From an uncultured delta proteobacterium (GTDB taxonomy: Bacteria > Desulfobacterota > Binatia > Binatales > Binataceae), in NCBI GenBank assembly GCA_963808235.1, contig CAWEEQ010000004.1, forward strand, positions 3,264,001-3,328,000: a stretch of 64,000 nucleotides of DNA, written 5' to 3'. The position numbers and the translations under genes are program-made. The notes below the pieces were generated by a model. It was not told the DNA's origin. It ran no database searches and saw nothing but the letters and a program-made list of their open reading frames with translations. This document shows, piece by piece, positions 1 through 10,832 of the stretch; position 1 is the stretch's first letter; every line of letters starts with the position of its first letter.

Positions 1-1157
1 GGAAGTGCTGCGCTCACTCACGCCCGAGCAGCATTTCATCAGGTTCGTCGCGATCGAGTTGCAGAACGCGATGGGCGGGTCGGCGCGCGAACTCGATCTG
101 AAAGTCAAGCCGCCGGTCAAAATCATGGTCGTCGGCCTGCAGGGTGCGGGCAAGACGACTTCGGTTGCCAAGCTCGCGCGATGGCTAAAGTCCGAGCGCA
201 AACGCCATCCGATACTCGCCTCGACCGACATTTATCGTCCCGCCGCGATGGAACAATTGCGCGTGCTCGGACGCCATGCGGAACGTCGCGGTGGTCGATA
301 GCCGCGAAGACCAGGATCCGATCGAGATCGCGTCGAACGCGCTCGCCCGCTGTGAGACCGGTGGGCATGACGCGCTGCTGATCGATACGGCCGGCCGTCT
401 GCAAATCGACGAAGAGCTGATGGACGAGTTGTCGCGGCTCAAGGCCGCGCTCAACCCGCATCACATTATCTTCGTCGCCGACGCGATGACCGGCCAGGAA
501 GCTGCGAACGTCGCGGCGGGCTTCCACGAGCGCCTGGGCATCTCCGGCGTGATTCTGACCAAGCTCGACTCCGACGCGCGAGGCGGCGCGGCGCTTTCGG
601 TGCGCACGATTACCGGCGCGCCGATTTTGTTTGCGGCGACCGGCGAGAAGCTCGACGCGTTCGAGGTATTTCATCCCGATCGGCTCGCGTCGCGAATTTT
701 GGGCATGGGCGACGTGCTGACGCTGATCGAAAAGACTCAGCAGAATTACGACCAGGTCAAGGCCAAGGAACTCGAGCGCAAATTCAAGAAAAACGAATTC
801 ACGATCAAGGACTTTGCCGAACAAATCAGGGCGATCAAGAAAATGGGCTCGCTCGGTGACTTGATCGGGATGATTCCGGGGCTCAAGAAAGTAGCGGGCG
901 CGGCCGACTCCGAGGAGGCCAAGCTCGAGCTCGCGCGTATTCAAGCAATTATTGATTCGATGACGTTTCAGGAACGCGACAATCACCTGGTCATCAATGG
1001 ACGCCGGCGCGCGCGAATCGCCGCCGGCAGCGGGACTTCGGTCCAGGACGTGAATCGCTTTCTTAAACAGTTCGAACAGACGCGCAAAATGATGAAGAAA
1101 ATCACCCGCATGGGCGCGGGAAAAATGATGATGCGTGGACTGGGTCTCGGCAGCTAG
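1..1157 (+). CDS. ffh: Signal recognition particle protein Ffh (5' truncated by window; +1 frameshift at ~279-284)
   Basis: ORF 5..301 has GLQGAGKTT and DIYRPAA; ORF 276..1157 has DTAGRL, TKLDSDARGGAALS and the M-domain (RRARIAAGSG). The frames join if one base is removed at GCG GAA C GTC. Confidence 0.95.
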
Positions 1158-1178
1158 AATAGGAAACAGGAGAAACGC

Positions 1179-1433
1179 ATGGCACTAGTAATCCGGCTGC
1201 GCCGTCATGGCAGTCGAAAAAAACCCTTCTACCGCATCGTGGTGGCCGACTCGCGCTCGCCCCGTGACGGACGCTTCGTCGAGCAGGTCGGCACCTACGA
1301 CCCGGCTTTCGATCCTCCGCGGGTGTCGATCAAAAGCGACGCCGCCGACCGCTGGATCAAAGCTGGCGCTAAGCCCAGCGACACGGTAAAAAAACTAATT
1401 AAGCGGGCCCAAGCCGCAACGGTCTCCGCCTGA
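1179..1433 (+). CDS. rpsP: 30S ribosomal protein S16
   Basis: [31 protein letters not shown]; AGGAG RBS; ffh-rpsP synteny. Confidence 0.98.
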   Translation: MALVIRLRRHGSRKKPFYRIVVADSRSPRDGRFVEQVGTYDPAFDPPRVSIKSDAADRWIKAGAKPSDTVKKLIKRAQAATVSA

Positions 1434-1460
1434 TGCGAACCCCTGCATCGGAGGCATCCC

Positions 1461-1697
1461 ATGAAGGACCTCGTTCAATTCCTCGCACAGCAACTGGTAA
1501 ACAATCCTGACGCGGTGGACGTGAAGGAGACGCAAGGCGACACTGCCTCTGTGCTCGAACTTCGGGTCGCGAAAGAGGACTTGGGGCGCGTGATCGGCAA
1601 ACAAGGAAGGACTGCGAAGTCGATTCGCACCATTCTGAATGCGGTCGCCTCCCGCACCAACCGCAAGGTCGTTCTCGAAATTGTCGAAGACCGCTAG
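1461..1697 (+). CDS. khpA: KH-domain RNA-binding protein
   Basis: DLGRVIGKQGRTAKSIR GxxG motif; position between rpsP and rimM. Confidence 0.93.
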   Translation: MKDLVQFLAQQLVNNPDAVDVKETQGDTASVLELRVAKEDLGRVIGKQGRTAKSIRTILNAVASRTNRKVVLEIVEDR

Positions 1698-1739
1698 CGG
1701 CCGCGGTCGCCAATTGCAGCGAATCAGACTGGAGTATCG

Positions 1740-2240
1740 ATGCTGCGCGTCGGACGCATAACCGGCGCTCACGGGCTTAAAGGCGCGCTGCGCTTTCGGC
1801 CCGACAATCCCGACTCGAACACGGTGGAACAAATCGCGCGCGTGTTCATCGAAAGCGCGGGACACTCGCGAGAGTTCAGAGTTACCAGCGTTGCGCGCCT
1901 GAACGCGACCACGCAGCGAATCACGCTCGAAGGGGTCACCGATCCGGACGTGGCCGACTCGCTCAAGGGCGCAATCGTGATGGTGCCGGCGGAGGACATG
2001 CCGGCCGCCAAGTCGGGCGAGTTCTACTACTACGAAGCGATCGGATGCGAAGTGTTTCTGAGCGGCGGCGCTCGCATCGGCACGATCGAGGAAATTTTTT
2101 CCAACGGGGCGCACGACATCTGGGTGGTGCGCGACGGCGAGCGCGAGTTCCTCATTCCGGTGATCGAAGACGTGGTCAAGGCGATGGATTTCGCCGCCCG
2201 GCGCGTGACTATCGAGCCAATTCCCGGCCTACTCGACTGA
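1740..2240 (+). CDS. rimM: 16S rRNA processing protein RimM
   Basis: VGRITGAHGLKG N-terminus, EFYYYEAIG, GAHDIWVV, LIPVI PRC-barrel. Confidence 0.95.
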   Translation: MLRVGRITGAHGLKGALRFRPDNPDSNTVEQIARVFIESAGHSREFRVTSVARLNATTQRITLEGVTDPDVADSLKGAIVMVPAEDMPAAKSGEFYYYEAIGCEVFLSGGARIGTIEEIFSNGAHDIWVVRDGEREFLIPVIEDVVKAMDFAARRVTIEPIPGLLD

Positions 2241-2304
2241 ACGCGGCGCACCCGGATAGATTTGGAGCCGGCGCGTGAGTCTAACCGTTCCGCCGAATCA
2301 TCCA

Positions 2305-2991
2305 ATGGAATTTCACGTAATCACGCTGTTCCCCGAGATGTTCGAGTCGCCGTTTCGTACCGGCATGATCGGCCGCGCGATCGAGCAAGGCTTGCTCGTG
2401 GTCAAAACGTATCCGCTGCGCGAGCACGGCCTCGGTAACTATCGCCAGGTCGACGACTCGCCGTACGGCGGTGGCAGCGGGATGGTGATGCGAGTCGAGC
2501 CGATTGCGGCCGCGATCGACGCGGTGAACGCCGCGCGGCCCGATCTCTGGCGAATTCTGATGACGCCGCAGGGCGAAGTCTTTGACAATTCTATGGCGCG
2601 CGATCTCGCCAAACGCGAGCCGGGCCTGATGTTTGTCGCGGGACGATACGAAGGAATCGACGAGCGCGTGCGCTCGCTGGTGGATCAGGAAATCTCGGTC
2701 GGCGACTACGTGCTGAGCGGCGGAGAACTTCCCGCGATGACGGTGATCGAGGCGGTGGGCAGAATGATTCCGGGCGTGCTCGGAAATCCCGAATCGCTGG
2801 AAGAGGAATCGTTCGCGGCCGGGATGCTCGAATACCCGCAATACACCCGGCCTGAGGAGTTCCGCGGGATGCGCGTGCCGGAGATTCTGATGAGCGGCGA
2901 CCACGGCAAGATTCGCGAATGGCGCCAGGCCGAAGCAAAACGCCGCACCGCGCGGCGGCGCCCCGATCTCGCCGATCGGCGCAAATTCTGA
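2305..2991 (+). CDS. trmD: tRNA (guanine-N1)-methyltransferase
   Basis: ITLFPEMF, VDDSPYGGGSGMVM, GRYEGIDER, SVGDYVLSGGE, LEYPQYTRP; ATG at 2305 taken as start. Confidence 0.97.
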   Translation: MEFHVITLFPEMFESPFRTGMIGRAIEQGLLVVKTYPLREHGLGNYRQVDDSPYGGGSGMVMRVEPIAAAIDAVNAARPDLWRILMTPQGEVFDNSMARDLAKREPGLMFVAGRYEGIDERVRSLVDQEISVGDYVLSGGELPAMTVIEAVGRMIPGVLGNPESLEEESFAAGMLEYPQYTRPEEFRGMRVPEILMSGDHGKIREWRQAEAKRRTARRRPDLADRRKF

Positions 2992-3008
2992 GTGTGCAAG
3001 TTCCGAGC

Positions 3009-3566
3009 GTGGCAGATCTTTTCGTAGCGCTGATTCATCATCCGGTCGTCAATCGTAACGCCGAGCGCGTCACCTCGGCGATCACCAGCCTCGATATCCA
3101 CGATATCGCGCGCGCGGCCCGCACCTACGATGTGCGCGGCGTGTTCGTGGTGCATCCAATTGCCGAGCAACGGAAATTCGCCGCCAGCGTGATCGATCAT
3201 TGGCGCTTCGACTTCGGCCGCACCCACGATTCGCGCCGCCGCGAGGCGCTCGAGCGCGTGCATATCGTCGCGGATCTCGATGACGCGATCGCGCAAGCCT
3301 CGCGAATCTCCGGCGCGCGACCGCTCATCGTGCATACCTCGGCCCGCACCGAAGCCGGCATCAGCTACACCGACTTGCGCTCGCAGATGGAAGCGGCCGG
3401 CGCGCCACCGCTGATGATCCTGTTCGGGACCGGATTTGGCATGTCGCCCGAAGTCGCCGAGCGCGCCGATATTATCCTCGCGCCCGTGCTGGGGCCTACT
3501 GACTACAATCATCTGTCGGTGCGGTCCGCGGCCGGAATTATCCTCGATCGATTGCGCGGCAAATGA
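3009..3566 (+). CDS. SPOUT-family RNA methyltransferase (TrmD-associated)
   Basis: ALIHHPVVN, SAITSLDIHDIARAARTY, FGTGFG, YNHLSVRSAAGIILDRL; GTG start inferred. Confidence 0.85.
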   Translation: MADLFVALIHHPVVNRNAERVTSAITSLDIHDIARAARTYDVRGVFVVHPIAEQRKFAASVIDHWRFDFGRTHDSRRREALERVHIVADLDDAIAQASRISGARPLIVHTSARTEAGISYTDLRSQMEAAGAPPLMILFGTGFGMSPEVAERADIILAPVLGPTDYNHLSVRSAAGIILDRLRGK

Positions 3567-3622
3567 TGTTCAGTACGCACGACTGTGCGCAGCTATAATT
3601 GCGAGAGTGGCGAGGAGATCTC

Positions 3623-4066
3623 ATGAAAATTGAGTTTCTGATTTTGGCCGACGCCGCGCAGGTCGTGGGAGGGAAGCTGTTCATGCTAGGCGGCGCCTGG
3701 AATCTGCATCGTTCCGGGAACTATCCGTCGCAATTCCAATTTTCCATCGCGCTAAGCGTTTTGGTGGCTTGGGACGAAGCGGGAATGGCGCATCCGTTCA
3801 CCTTGACGATTGCGGATGACGCGGGCATTCCGGTTGTTCCGCAGATTCAGGGGCAGTTCGAGGTTGGCAGATCAGACCAGATTCCCAAGGGAACCACGCA
3901 GCGAGCATTGGTGTCGGTCAACATGATGATGGCCGTGCCACGTCCCGGCAAATATATCGTTTCAGCCACGGCTGGCACGTCGAAAGTAGACACCAGTTTT
4001 GACGCGATCTTCGTTGGACAGAAGGTCGAGCTCGCATCTGAGAGTTCATCGGAAAAGGGAAATTGA
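3623..4066 (+). CDS. Conserved hypothetical protein (DUF6941-like)
   Basis: LADAAQVVGGKLFMLGG N-terminus, PRPGKY; AGGAG RBS before ATG 3623. Confidence 0.65.
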   Translation: MKIEFLILADAAQVVGGKLFMLGGAWNLHRSGNYPSQFQFSIALSVLVAWDEAGMAHPFTLTIADDAGIPVVPQIQGQFEVGRSDQIPKGTTQRALVSVNMMMAVPRPGKYIVSATAGTSKVDTSFDAIFVGQKVELASESSSEKGN

Positions 4067-4101
4067 ACACCGAAGCCGCAAACTGAGCACTGCCGAATCT
4101 A

Positions 4102-4130
4102 TTGAGTGGGCGGTCGCATTTCGGTAGGTT
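4102..4130 (+). promoter_or_regulatory. Possible sigma70 promoter for rplS
   Basis: TTGAGT-17 nt-TAGGTT upstream of the rplS ATG. Confidence 0.35.
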
Positions 4131-4158
4131 TAGGGGCTCGACTGAGGTCTTTCTTCCC

Positions 4159-4503
4159 ATGAACACCGTCATCCAGAAGCTCGAAGAGCGAGGGCTCCGC
4201 AAGGACCTGCCCGAATTCCGCGTCGGCGACTCAGTTCGCGTTCACGTCAAAGTCGTCGAAGGCGAGAAGGAGCGCATCCAGTCTTTCGAAGGCATCGTGA
4301 TCAAGATTAATCGCGGCGCAAATCGTGCCACTTTCACGGTCAGGAAAGTTTCCTACGGGGTCGGCGTCGAGCGAATCTTTCCGATGCATTCGCCGCGAAT
4401 CGACAAGTTGCAGGTGCTGACCCGCAGCCGCGTCCGCCGCGCCCGCCTGTATTACCTGCGGGATCTATCGGGCAAGGCCGCTCGACTCGATACCGCGACC
4501 TGA
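4159..4503 (+). CDS. rplS: 50S ribosomal protein L19
   Basis: [37 protein letters not shown]. Confidence 0.98.
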   Translation: MNTVIQKLEERGLRKDLPEFRVGDSVRVHVKVVEGEKERIQSFEGIVIKINRGANRATFTVRKVSYGVGVERIFPMHSPRIDKLQVLTRSRVRRARLYYLRDLSGKAARLDTAT

Positions 4504-4521
4504 ACCCAAACAGAAGAAGTT

Positions 4522-4956
4522 TTATTCCGCGTCGGAAATGCCGGTCATGCGGACGGTTGCGTCCAGATATGCGCCCTCGCGAACAGTCAGGTTGCGCGCT
4601 TCGATATTTCCGAAGAATTTCGCCCGCGTCCCGAGCACGATTCGGTCGCATCCGGTGACGTCGCCGCGCAACTCGCCCATGATCAGCAAGCGCGGCGCGC
4701 AGACCTTTCCTTCGACCATTCCGGTTTCACCGATCACGACGAGGTCAATTGAGCGGACTTCGCCGCGGAAGCGCCCCTCGATTCTGACCGGCTCGTTGAA
4801 GATCAGCTTGCCGGAGACATTTACGTTGCGTCCGACTGCGACGCGCGTGCGCGCTTCCGCCCATGCGCTGCCCGCGTCGAACGGTATCTGCGTCGAAAAA
4901 ACCGATGCCTCGGTCGTCGACGCCTGTTGCTCATCGTTATGAGACTGCATATTCAT
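4522..4956 (-). CDS. Bactofilin / polymer-forming cytoskeletal protein
   Basis: Beta-helix repeats VRIEGRFRGEV, VVIGETGMVEGKV, GNIEARNLTVREGA. Confidence 0.85.
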   Translation of the reverse strand: MNMQSHNDEQQASTTEASVFSTQIPFDAGSAWAEARTRVAVGRNVNVSGKLIFNEPVRIEGRFRGEVRSIDLVVIGETGMVEGKVCAPRLLIMGELRGDVTGCDRIVLGTRAKFFGNIEARNLTVREGAYLDATVRMTGISDAE

Positions 4957-4962
4957 TGCTCT

Positions 4963-5985
4963 CTAGGGTGCGGGAAAAACGTGGCAAGCGACCGCATGGC
5001 CACCGCGTCCGGTCTCCAACTTCGGTTCGAGCGTCCTGCAAACATCTTTCGCATAAGGGCATCTTGGATGGAAGGCGCACCCCGATGGCGGATTCATCGC
5101 GCTCGGCATCTCGCCGGGCAGCTTGATGCGCTCGGGCCGCTGCGCGGTATCGACGGTCGGAATCGCCGAGAGCAGTGCGCGAGTGTAAGGATGGTGGGGG
5201 TCGCGGTAAATGTCGTCGCGCGATGCGATCTCGACAATTTTGCCGAGGTACATGATCGCCACGCGATTGCTGATGTGCTCGACGACGCGCAGATCGTGCG
5301 CGATGAACAGGTACGTCAGCTTGAGTTTCTCCTGCAGGTCCTGCAGCAGGTTGATAATCTGCGCCTGTATCGAAACGTCGAGCGCCGACACCGGCTCGTC
5401 GAGGACCAGGAAGCGCGGATTCACCGCGAGCGCACGCGCGATCCCGATTCGCTGCCGCTGTCCACCGGAAAACTCGTGCGGAAAACGATCCATCGCATCG
5501 GCGCCCATCCCGACCATCGTCAGCAGCTCGACGATTCGATCTTCCTTGGCCTTGCCGCGCGCAAGTTTGTGAATCTCGATTCCTTCGCCGACGATCGATC
5601 GCACCCGCATCCGCGGATTTAACGACGCATACGGATCCTGAAACACCAACTGCATCTCGCGGCGCAGCGCGCGTAACTCAGCGCGGCCAAGCGTCGAGAG
5701 ATCGCGGCCGTCGAAATAAACTCTACCCGCGGTGGGATCGAGTAGTTTCAGAATCAGGCGCCCGAGCGTCGATTTGCCCGATCCCGATTCTCCGACTAAC
5801 CCGAGCGTCTCGCCCGGTGAAATTTCCAGATTGACTCCCGCCACCGCTTTCACGGTGAGGCGGGTTCCGCCGATAATTCCGGTGCTTCCCGCCGGGAACT
5901 CTTTGCTTAGACCCTCGACGCGGACCAGTGCGGCATCGGCTCTGGGAGCCTGCGTGCCGAGATCAGACGCGGATGCAGGCGGCAT
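4963..5985 (-). CDS. Oligopeptide/dipeptide ABC transporter ATP-binding protein (OppF/DppF-like)
   Basis: [18 protein letters not shown]-terminal [11 protein letters not shown]. Confidence 0.93.
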   Translation of the reverse strand: MPPASASDLGTQAPRADAALVRVEGLSKEFPAGSTGIIGGTRLTVKAVAGVNLEISPGETLGLVGESGSGKSTLGRLILKLLDPTAGRVYFDGRDLSTLGRAELRALRREMQLVFQDPYASLNPRMRVRSIVGEGIEIHKLARGKAKEDRIVELLTMVGMGADAMDRFPHEFSGGQRQRIGIARALAVNPRFLVLDEPVSALDVSIQAQIINLLQDLQEKLKLTYLFIAHDLRVVEHISNRVAIMYLGKIVEIASRDDIYRDPHHPYTRALLSAIPTVDTAQRPERIKLPGEMPSAMNPPSGCAFHPRCPYAKDVCRTLEPKLETGRGGHAVACHVFPAP

Positions 5986-6925
5986 AGTGGTTCGGGGCCT
6001 TTGCTTCGAAGGGCGGCTCGATTACCGAGCAGTCGGGAATTGCGCGCGGGCATCGCGGATGAAATCTGCATCCCGAGGGCGGATTCACCGCGCTCGGTAT
6101 CGTGCCGGGAATCGCCTGCAGGCGATGGTGCCGCGTGCCATCGATTCCGGGAATCGATTCGAGTAGCCCCTTGGTGTACGGATTCAACGGGTTGCGGAAC
6201 AGTTCCGCGCACGGCGCCTGTTCCATCACGCGCGCCGAGTAAAGAATCGTCACGTCGTCGGCATACTCCGCGACGATTCCGAGATCGTGCGTCACCAGGA
6301 TCACGGCGAGGCCGAGCCGTCCTTGCAGTTCGCGGATCAGATCGAGAATCTGCGCCTGGATCGTCACGTCGAGCGCGGTGGTCGGCTCATCGGCGACCAG
6401 CACTTTCGGATTGCACGACAGCGCCATCGCGATCATGACCCGCTGGCGCATCCCGCCGGACAGTTGATGCGGATAGTCGTCGACGCGCCGCTCCGGGTCG
6501 GCAATCCCGACCATCTTGAGCGCCTCGATGGTTCGATTGCGCGTCTCTACGCGCGAGGTCTGCTGATGCAAGCGAATCGCTTCGCCGATCTGACTGCCGA
6601 TCGTGAAGACCGGATTCAGCGAAGTCATCGGCTCCTGGAAAATCATCGCGATTTCAGCGCCGCGCACGTGCCGCATCTCGGGCTCGCTCAGCTTGAGAAG
6701 ATCTTTATCGCCGAAAATAATTTCGCCGCCCACGATTCGCGCCGATTCCGGCAGCAGCCGCATGATCGAGAGCACGCTCACGGTTTTGCCCGAGCCGGAT
6801 TCTCCGACCAGTCCCATCAGCTTGCCCGGCGCCACTGAAAAACTGACGCCGTCCACCGCGCGCACCTCACCGGCCTCGGTAAAGAACGAGGTGCGCAGCG
6901 ACTTTACTTCAAGCAGCGGTTTCAC
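5963..6925 (-). CDS. Oligopeptide/dipeptide ABC transporter ATP-binding protein (OppD/DppD-like)
   Basis: [33 protein letters not shown]. Confidence 0.93.
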   Translation of the reverse strand: MKPLLEVKSLRTSFFTEAGEVRAVDGVSFSVAPGKLMGLVGESGSGKTVSVLSIMRLLPESARIVGGEIIFGDKDLLKLSEPEMRHVRGAEIAMIFQEPMTSLNPVFTIGSQIGEAIRLHQQTSRVETRNRTIEALKMVGIADPERRVDDYPHQLSGGMRQRVMIAMALSCNPKVLVADEPTTALDVTIQAQILDLIRELQGRLGLAVILVTHDLGIVAEYADDVTILYSARVMEQAPCAELFRNPLNPYTKGLLESIPGIDGTRHHRLQAIPGTIPSAVNPPSGCRFHPRCPRAIPDCSVIEPPFEAKAPNHYAACIRV

Positions 6926-6966
6926 GAGTAGCTCAACACTATCATCAGCGCGTAGCGGCCGCGAAA

Positions 6967-8049
6967 TCAGCCGGCGCCGGAGGGATCGAGGCGATCGCGC
7001 AGATGGTCACCGAGAAAGTTGAAGGACATCACGGCCAGGAAAATGAAGATGCCGGGAATCAAAATCCACGGGTAGCGCGCGAGGTTCTGCACATCCTGCG
7101 CCTGCGCGAGCAGGTTGCCCCAGCTCGCGGCGGGCTCCTGGATGCCGAGTCCGAGCAGCGAGAGCGCGCTTTCGCCGAGGATGAAGCCGGGGATCGAAAG
7201 CGTGGCGGCGACGATCGCATAGCCGAGCACCGACGGAATGATGTGCTGGGTGATGATGCGCCATCGCGACGCGCCCAGCGCGCGCGCCGCCTCGACGTAC
7301 GGTCGCGAGCGCACCGACGATGCCATCCCGCGGATGATTCGCGCGAAGCCGGCCCAACTTATGAAACTCATGATCGCGACGATCATGAAAAAGGTCGTTA
7401 CGGCGCTCAACCCCGATGGAATCACTGCGGCCAGTGCGAGCAGAAAATAAAATGACGGCAGCGACATCTCGATCTCGGACCATCGCATGATGAGGAAATC
7501 GACGGTGCCGCCGAGATAGCCCGACAGCGCGCCGACCGTGATGCCGAGCGAGAAACTGATCAGCACGCCGACAAGCCCGATACACATGCTGACCCGCGCG
7601 CCGTAGACGATTCGCGAGTAAAGATCGCGGCCGAGGCCGTCACTGCCGAGAATGAAATACGGCTCGCTCTCAGAGTCAGTGGTGAAGAGATGGCCGCCGG
7701 TAAAGAGGTGGATATAGACGCGGCGCGAAGGGTCGGGCGCAAATTTGCGCCTGCTTTTGTCGGTCATCACCATCGGATGCGCGTAGAAAAATCCATGCGA
7801 CCATTCGGACGGGGCGCTCAGGTGGACTGCCATAGGCGGACAGTCGGGCATGTCGCGGTTCTGATAGGTCGGATCGTAACACGCAAAAAATGGCGATGCG
7901 GCTGCGAGCAGGTAAAAGACCGCAAGGCAAATCGCGGACATGCGAACGGTGTACGACGCAATCTGCCACTCGCGGACGAACCCCGATGCGCGCGTCTCGG
8001 GCGCCGCCGCGCTCTGCAGATGCGCCTGCAATGCGACGCCGGTGCTCAT
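6967..8049 (-). CDS. Peptide ABC transporter permease (OppC-like)
   Basis: LGSDGLGRDLYSR, EAA loop YVEAARALGAS, ESALSLLGLG. Confidence 0.92.
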   Translation of the reverse strand: MSTGVALQAHLQSAAAPETRASGFVREWQIASYTVRMSAICLAVFYLLAAASPFFACYDPTYQNRDMPDCPPMAVHLSAPSEWSHGFFYAHPMVMTDKSRRKFAPDPSRRVYIHLFTGGHLFTTDSESEPYFILGSDGLGRDLYSRIVYGARVSMCIGLVGVLISFSLGITVGALSGYLGGTVDFLIMRWSEIEMSLPSFYFLLALAAVIPSGLSAVTTFFMIVAIMSFISWAGFARIIRGMASSVRSRPYVEAARALGASRWRIITQHIIPSVLGYAIVAATLSIPGFILGESALSLLGLGIQEPAASWGNLLAQAQDVQNLARYPWILIPGIFIFLAVMSFNFLGDHLRDRLDPSGAG

Positions 8050-9026
8050 TCCGCCGCCACCGACGAAAAATCTACGCGCGGATCGACCGCGACCAACGCG
8101 ATGTCAGCGAGCAGGTTGCCGACCAGCAGCAGGATCGTCCCCATCAACACCGAGCCCATCACCAGGTAGATATCTAGCGAGCGCACCGCGTCGAGCATCA
8201 GCAGCCCCAGGCCCTGCAGATTCATGACCGCCTCGACCAGGGCGGCGCCGCCGAGCAGGTCGCCCAGCGAATAGCCCGCCATCGTGACGAAGGGATTGAG
8301 CGCGTTGCGCAGCACGTGCTTGTAAATCACGACCCGCTCGGAAAGTCCCTTGGCGCGCGCGGTGCGGACGAAATCGGAGTTCTTGATTTCGAGAATCTGC
8401 GAGCGCATCAGCCGCATCAGGCCGGCCGTTCCGGAAATGCCGAGCACGAAAACCGGCAATATTAGATGATTGATGCGATCGGCGACCTTGCTCATCGGAT
8501 CGAGCGATGCGTAGTCGACCGAGAAAGTGCCGCCGATCGGGAACCATCCGGTCTTCAGCGCGAGGTACATCATCAGGAAGGCGAGGAAGAAATTCGGCAC
8601 CGACATCCCGAAAAAAGCGAGGAACGAAAGGAAGCGATCCCAGATCGAATTCTGATTGACCGCGACGATGATCCCGATTGGAATCGCGATCATCCACGAA
8701 AAAATCATGCTGCTCGCGGCCAGCACGATCGTGTTGAACGCGCGCGAGGCAATCAGCCCGGTTACACTTACCCGGTACGACAGCGAGAAGCCGAAGTTCA
8801 GATGAAGCACGCCCCATAGCCACTTCGCGTAGCGGACCATCAATGGTTGATCGAGGCCGAACTGAGCTTGGAGCTGGCGAATTACTTCGGGCGTGATGGT
8901 CGGGTTGAGCTTCAGATTCGAAACGAAGTCGCCGGGCACCAGCGACATCGCGACGAAGGAAATGAAAGTGATCCCGAGCAGTAGCGGGATCATGTTGAGC
9001 AGGCGGCGAATCAGGAAGCGGGTCAT
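8046..9026 (-). CDS. Peptide ABC transporter permease (OppB-like)
   Basis: FGLDQPL, DFVRTARAKGLSE, HVLRNAL. Confidence 0.93.
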   Translation of the reverse strand: MTRFLIRRLLNMIPLLLGITFISFVAMSLVPGDFVSNLKLNPTITPEVIRQLQAQFGLDQPLMVRYAKWLWGVLHLNFGFSLSYRVSVTGLIASRAFNTIVLAASSMIFSWMIAIPIGIIVAVNQNSIWDRFLSFLAFFGMSVPNFFLAFLMMYLALKTGWFPIGGTFSVDYASLDPMSKVADRINHLILPVFVLGISGTAGLMRLMRSQILEIKNSDFVRTARAKGLSERVVIYKHVLRNALNPFVTMAGYSLGDLLGGAALVEAVMNLQGLGLLMLDAVRSLDIYLVMGSVLMGTILLLVGNLLADIALVAVDPRVDFSSVAAE

Positions 9027-9110
9027 TGTGTCGGTTGAGTATCAGCGCCTGATGATTCGACGGATGCGGCGCGCAAAAGTTTCAATCGAGACGTTCAATA
9101 GCCAGGAAGT

Positions 9111-10832
9111 TCAATCGGCCTTGAATTGCATCCACTCCGGTTTGTACAACCCCCACACCGTGGGCTGATAGTTTTCGAGCGAGTTCTTCCACGAGGAGTA
9201 GCGCTGTTGGCGCACGGTTTCGATTATCGGGAGCTGATCGTGAAGAATCTGCTGAATCTTCCAGTAGTAGGGCGGGCGCTTGCTGATATCCATTTCGGAC
9301 GCGCCTTGATCGAGCAGCGTATCGATCTCGCCCTCCCACGGCGTCGCCGGAGCCGGCTGATTCGGATTCCAGATATGGAGATTGCCCGACGAGCGATAGA
9401 AGTTCGCGCCGTCGTTGGGCTCGATTCCGCCGGTGAATCCGATCAGTACGCAGTCCCAATCGAACGACGAATCGAGCTTGTCGACCAGGGTCGTAAATTC
9501 GAGCGGCCGATAATTCACCTTGATCCCCAGGCTCTCAACGTCCTGCTTGAAGATCGTGCATATCTCGTTGCGCTCGGGCGTGCCGGTATTGGTCGTCAGA
9601 TCGAACTCGAGGCGATTGCCCTTCGAGTCGGTGCGCACCCCGGGCTTCAGCAGATGATATCCCGCCGCTTCGAGCATGTCGGCGGCGAGCTTTGGATCGT
9701 ATTCGTAATCCTTGAGATTGGGATTGTGGAAGAGTTTATTTTCCGGCGAAATATCCGCGACTGCCGGCACCGCCAGCCCGTGGAAAACCAGATTGATCAT
9801 CGCGTTCTTGTCCACCATGTGCGCCATCGCCTGCAGGAATTTGAGATCCGTGAACCAGTTGAGTTTGGGATTGGTCACTCCGTTCTTAACGAAGCGGCGC
9901 GGGTTGCGGTTGAAAGAGAAGAACAGCGACCCGGTGTCGATACCGATATTCTTAACCGTGATATCGAGTTCTTTGCTCTTTGCCTTATCTTCCAGCGAGG
10001 GAACCTCTTCCGGACGCGGACCGTAAACGTCGATCTGCCCCGACAGGTAGCGCAGATACGCCGCGTTCTGGTCCTGCACGATCGTCACGGATTGCCCATG
10101 CAGACGCGGCAATTGCGCTCCTTGCTCGTCTTTCATGAAATAGTCGTTGTTCCGATCGTACTGCACGACCTGGCTCTGCGCGTATCGCGTCATGTGATAT
10201 GGCCCGTCGCCGATCAATTTGTCCGGAGGCGTATCGATTCCCCAGGTGTGATTGAAATTTCCCGATTTCCACACCGGCTCGAGGATATGCGCCGGCATCA
10301 CCGGGATTCCGATCGAGTAGAAAAGCGGAGCAAACGGCTTCGGCACATGCATCACGACCGTGTAGTCGTCAGGCGCCTCCGCGATGATCCGTTTGTGGTC
10401 GACAGTCAGCGTCGGACGAATACTATTGGGCACTTTGGGATCGTAGATGACGTCGAGGGTGAACAGCACGTCGTGCGCGGTCATCGGCTGGCCGTCAAAC
10501 CATTTAACGTCGTGGCGGAGGTGAAAGGTGATCGTCTTGTTGTCCGGCGCGACCTCCCACTTCTCGGCCAAGCCGGACTCCGGCAACGTGGTCTTCGGGT
10601 TCACCCGGATCAGACTCTCGAACAGGTCGCTCGTGAGCTGCCCCGAAGTCGCATCGGTGATCAGAATCGGATTGAAGGTACGCGGATCGCTTGCGGTTGC
10701 GGTGTAAAGGATTTGACTCGCTTCGTGATCCTTGCCGGACCGATTCACCCGGCATCCGAGCACCAGCGTCACCGCCGCGAAAACGAATGCCAACAGGAGC
10801 GCGGATCGCATCACGGATCTCTCAGCTCTCAC
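9111..10832 (-). CDS. Peptide ABC transporter substrate-binding lipoprotein (family 5)
   Basis: Lipobox-like LVLGC, DPRTFNP, VKWFDGQPMTAHDV, GDGPY; operon position. Confidence 0.92.
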   Translation of the reverse strand: MRAERSVMRSALLLAFVFAAVTLVLGCRVNRSGKDHEASQILYTATASDPRTFNPILITDATSGQLTSDLFESLIRVNPKTTLPESGLAEKWEVAPDNKTITFHLRHDVKWFDGQPMTAHDVLFTLDVIYDPKVPNSIRPTLTVDHKRIIAEAPDDYTVVMHVPKPFAPLFYSIGIPVMPAHILEPVWKSGNFNHTWGIDTPPDKLIGDGPYHMTRYAQSQVVQYDRNNDYFMKDEQGAQLPRLHGQSVTIVQDQNAAYLRYLSGQIDVYGPRPEEVPSLEDKAKSKELDITVKNIGIDTGSLFFSFNRNPRRFVKNGVTNPKLNWFTDLKFLQAMAHMVDKNAMINLVFHGLAVPAVADISPENKLFHNPNLKDYEYDPKLAADMLEAAGYHLLKPGVRTDSKGNRLEFDLTTNTGTPERNEICTIFKQDVESLGIKVNYRPLEFTTLVDKLDSSFDWDCVLIGFTGGIEPNDGANFYRSSGNLHIWNPNQPAPATPWEGEIDTLLDQGASEMDISKRPPYYWKIQQILHDQLPIIETVRQQRYSSWKNSLENYQPTVWGLYKPEWMQFKAD

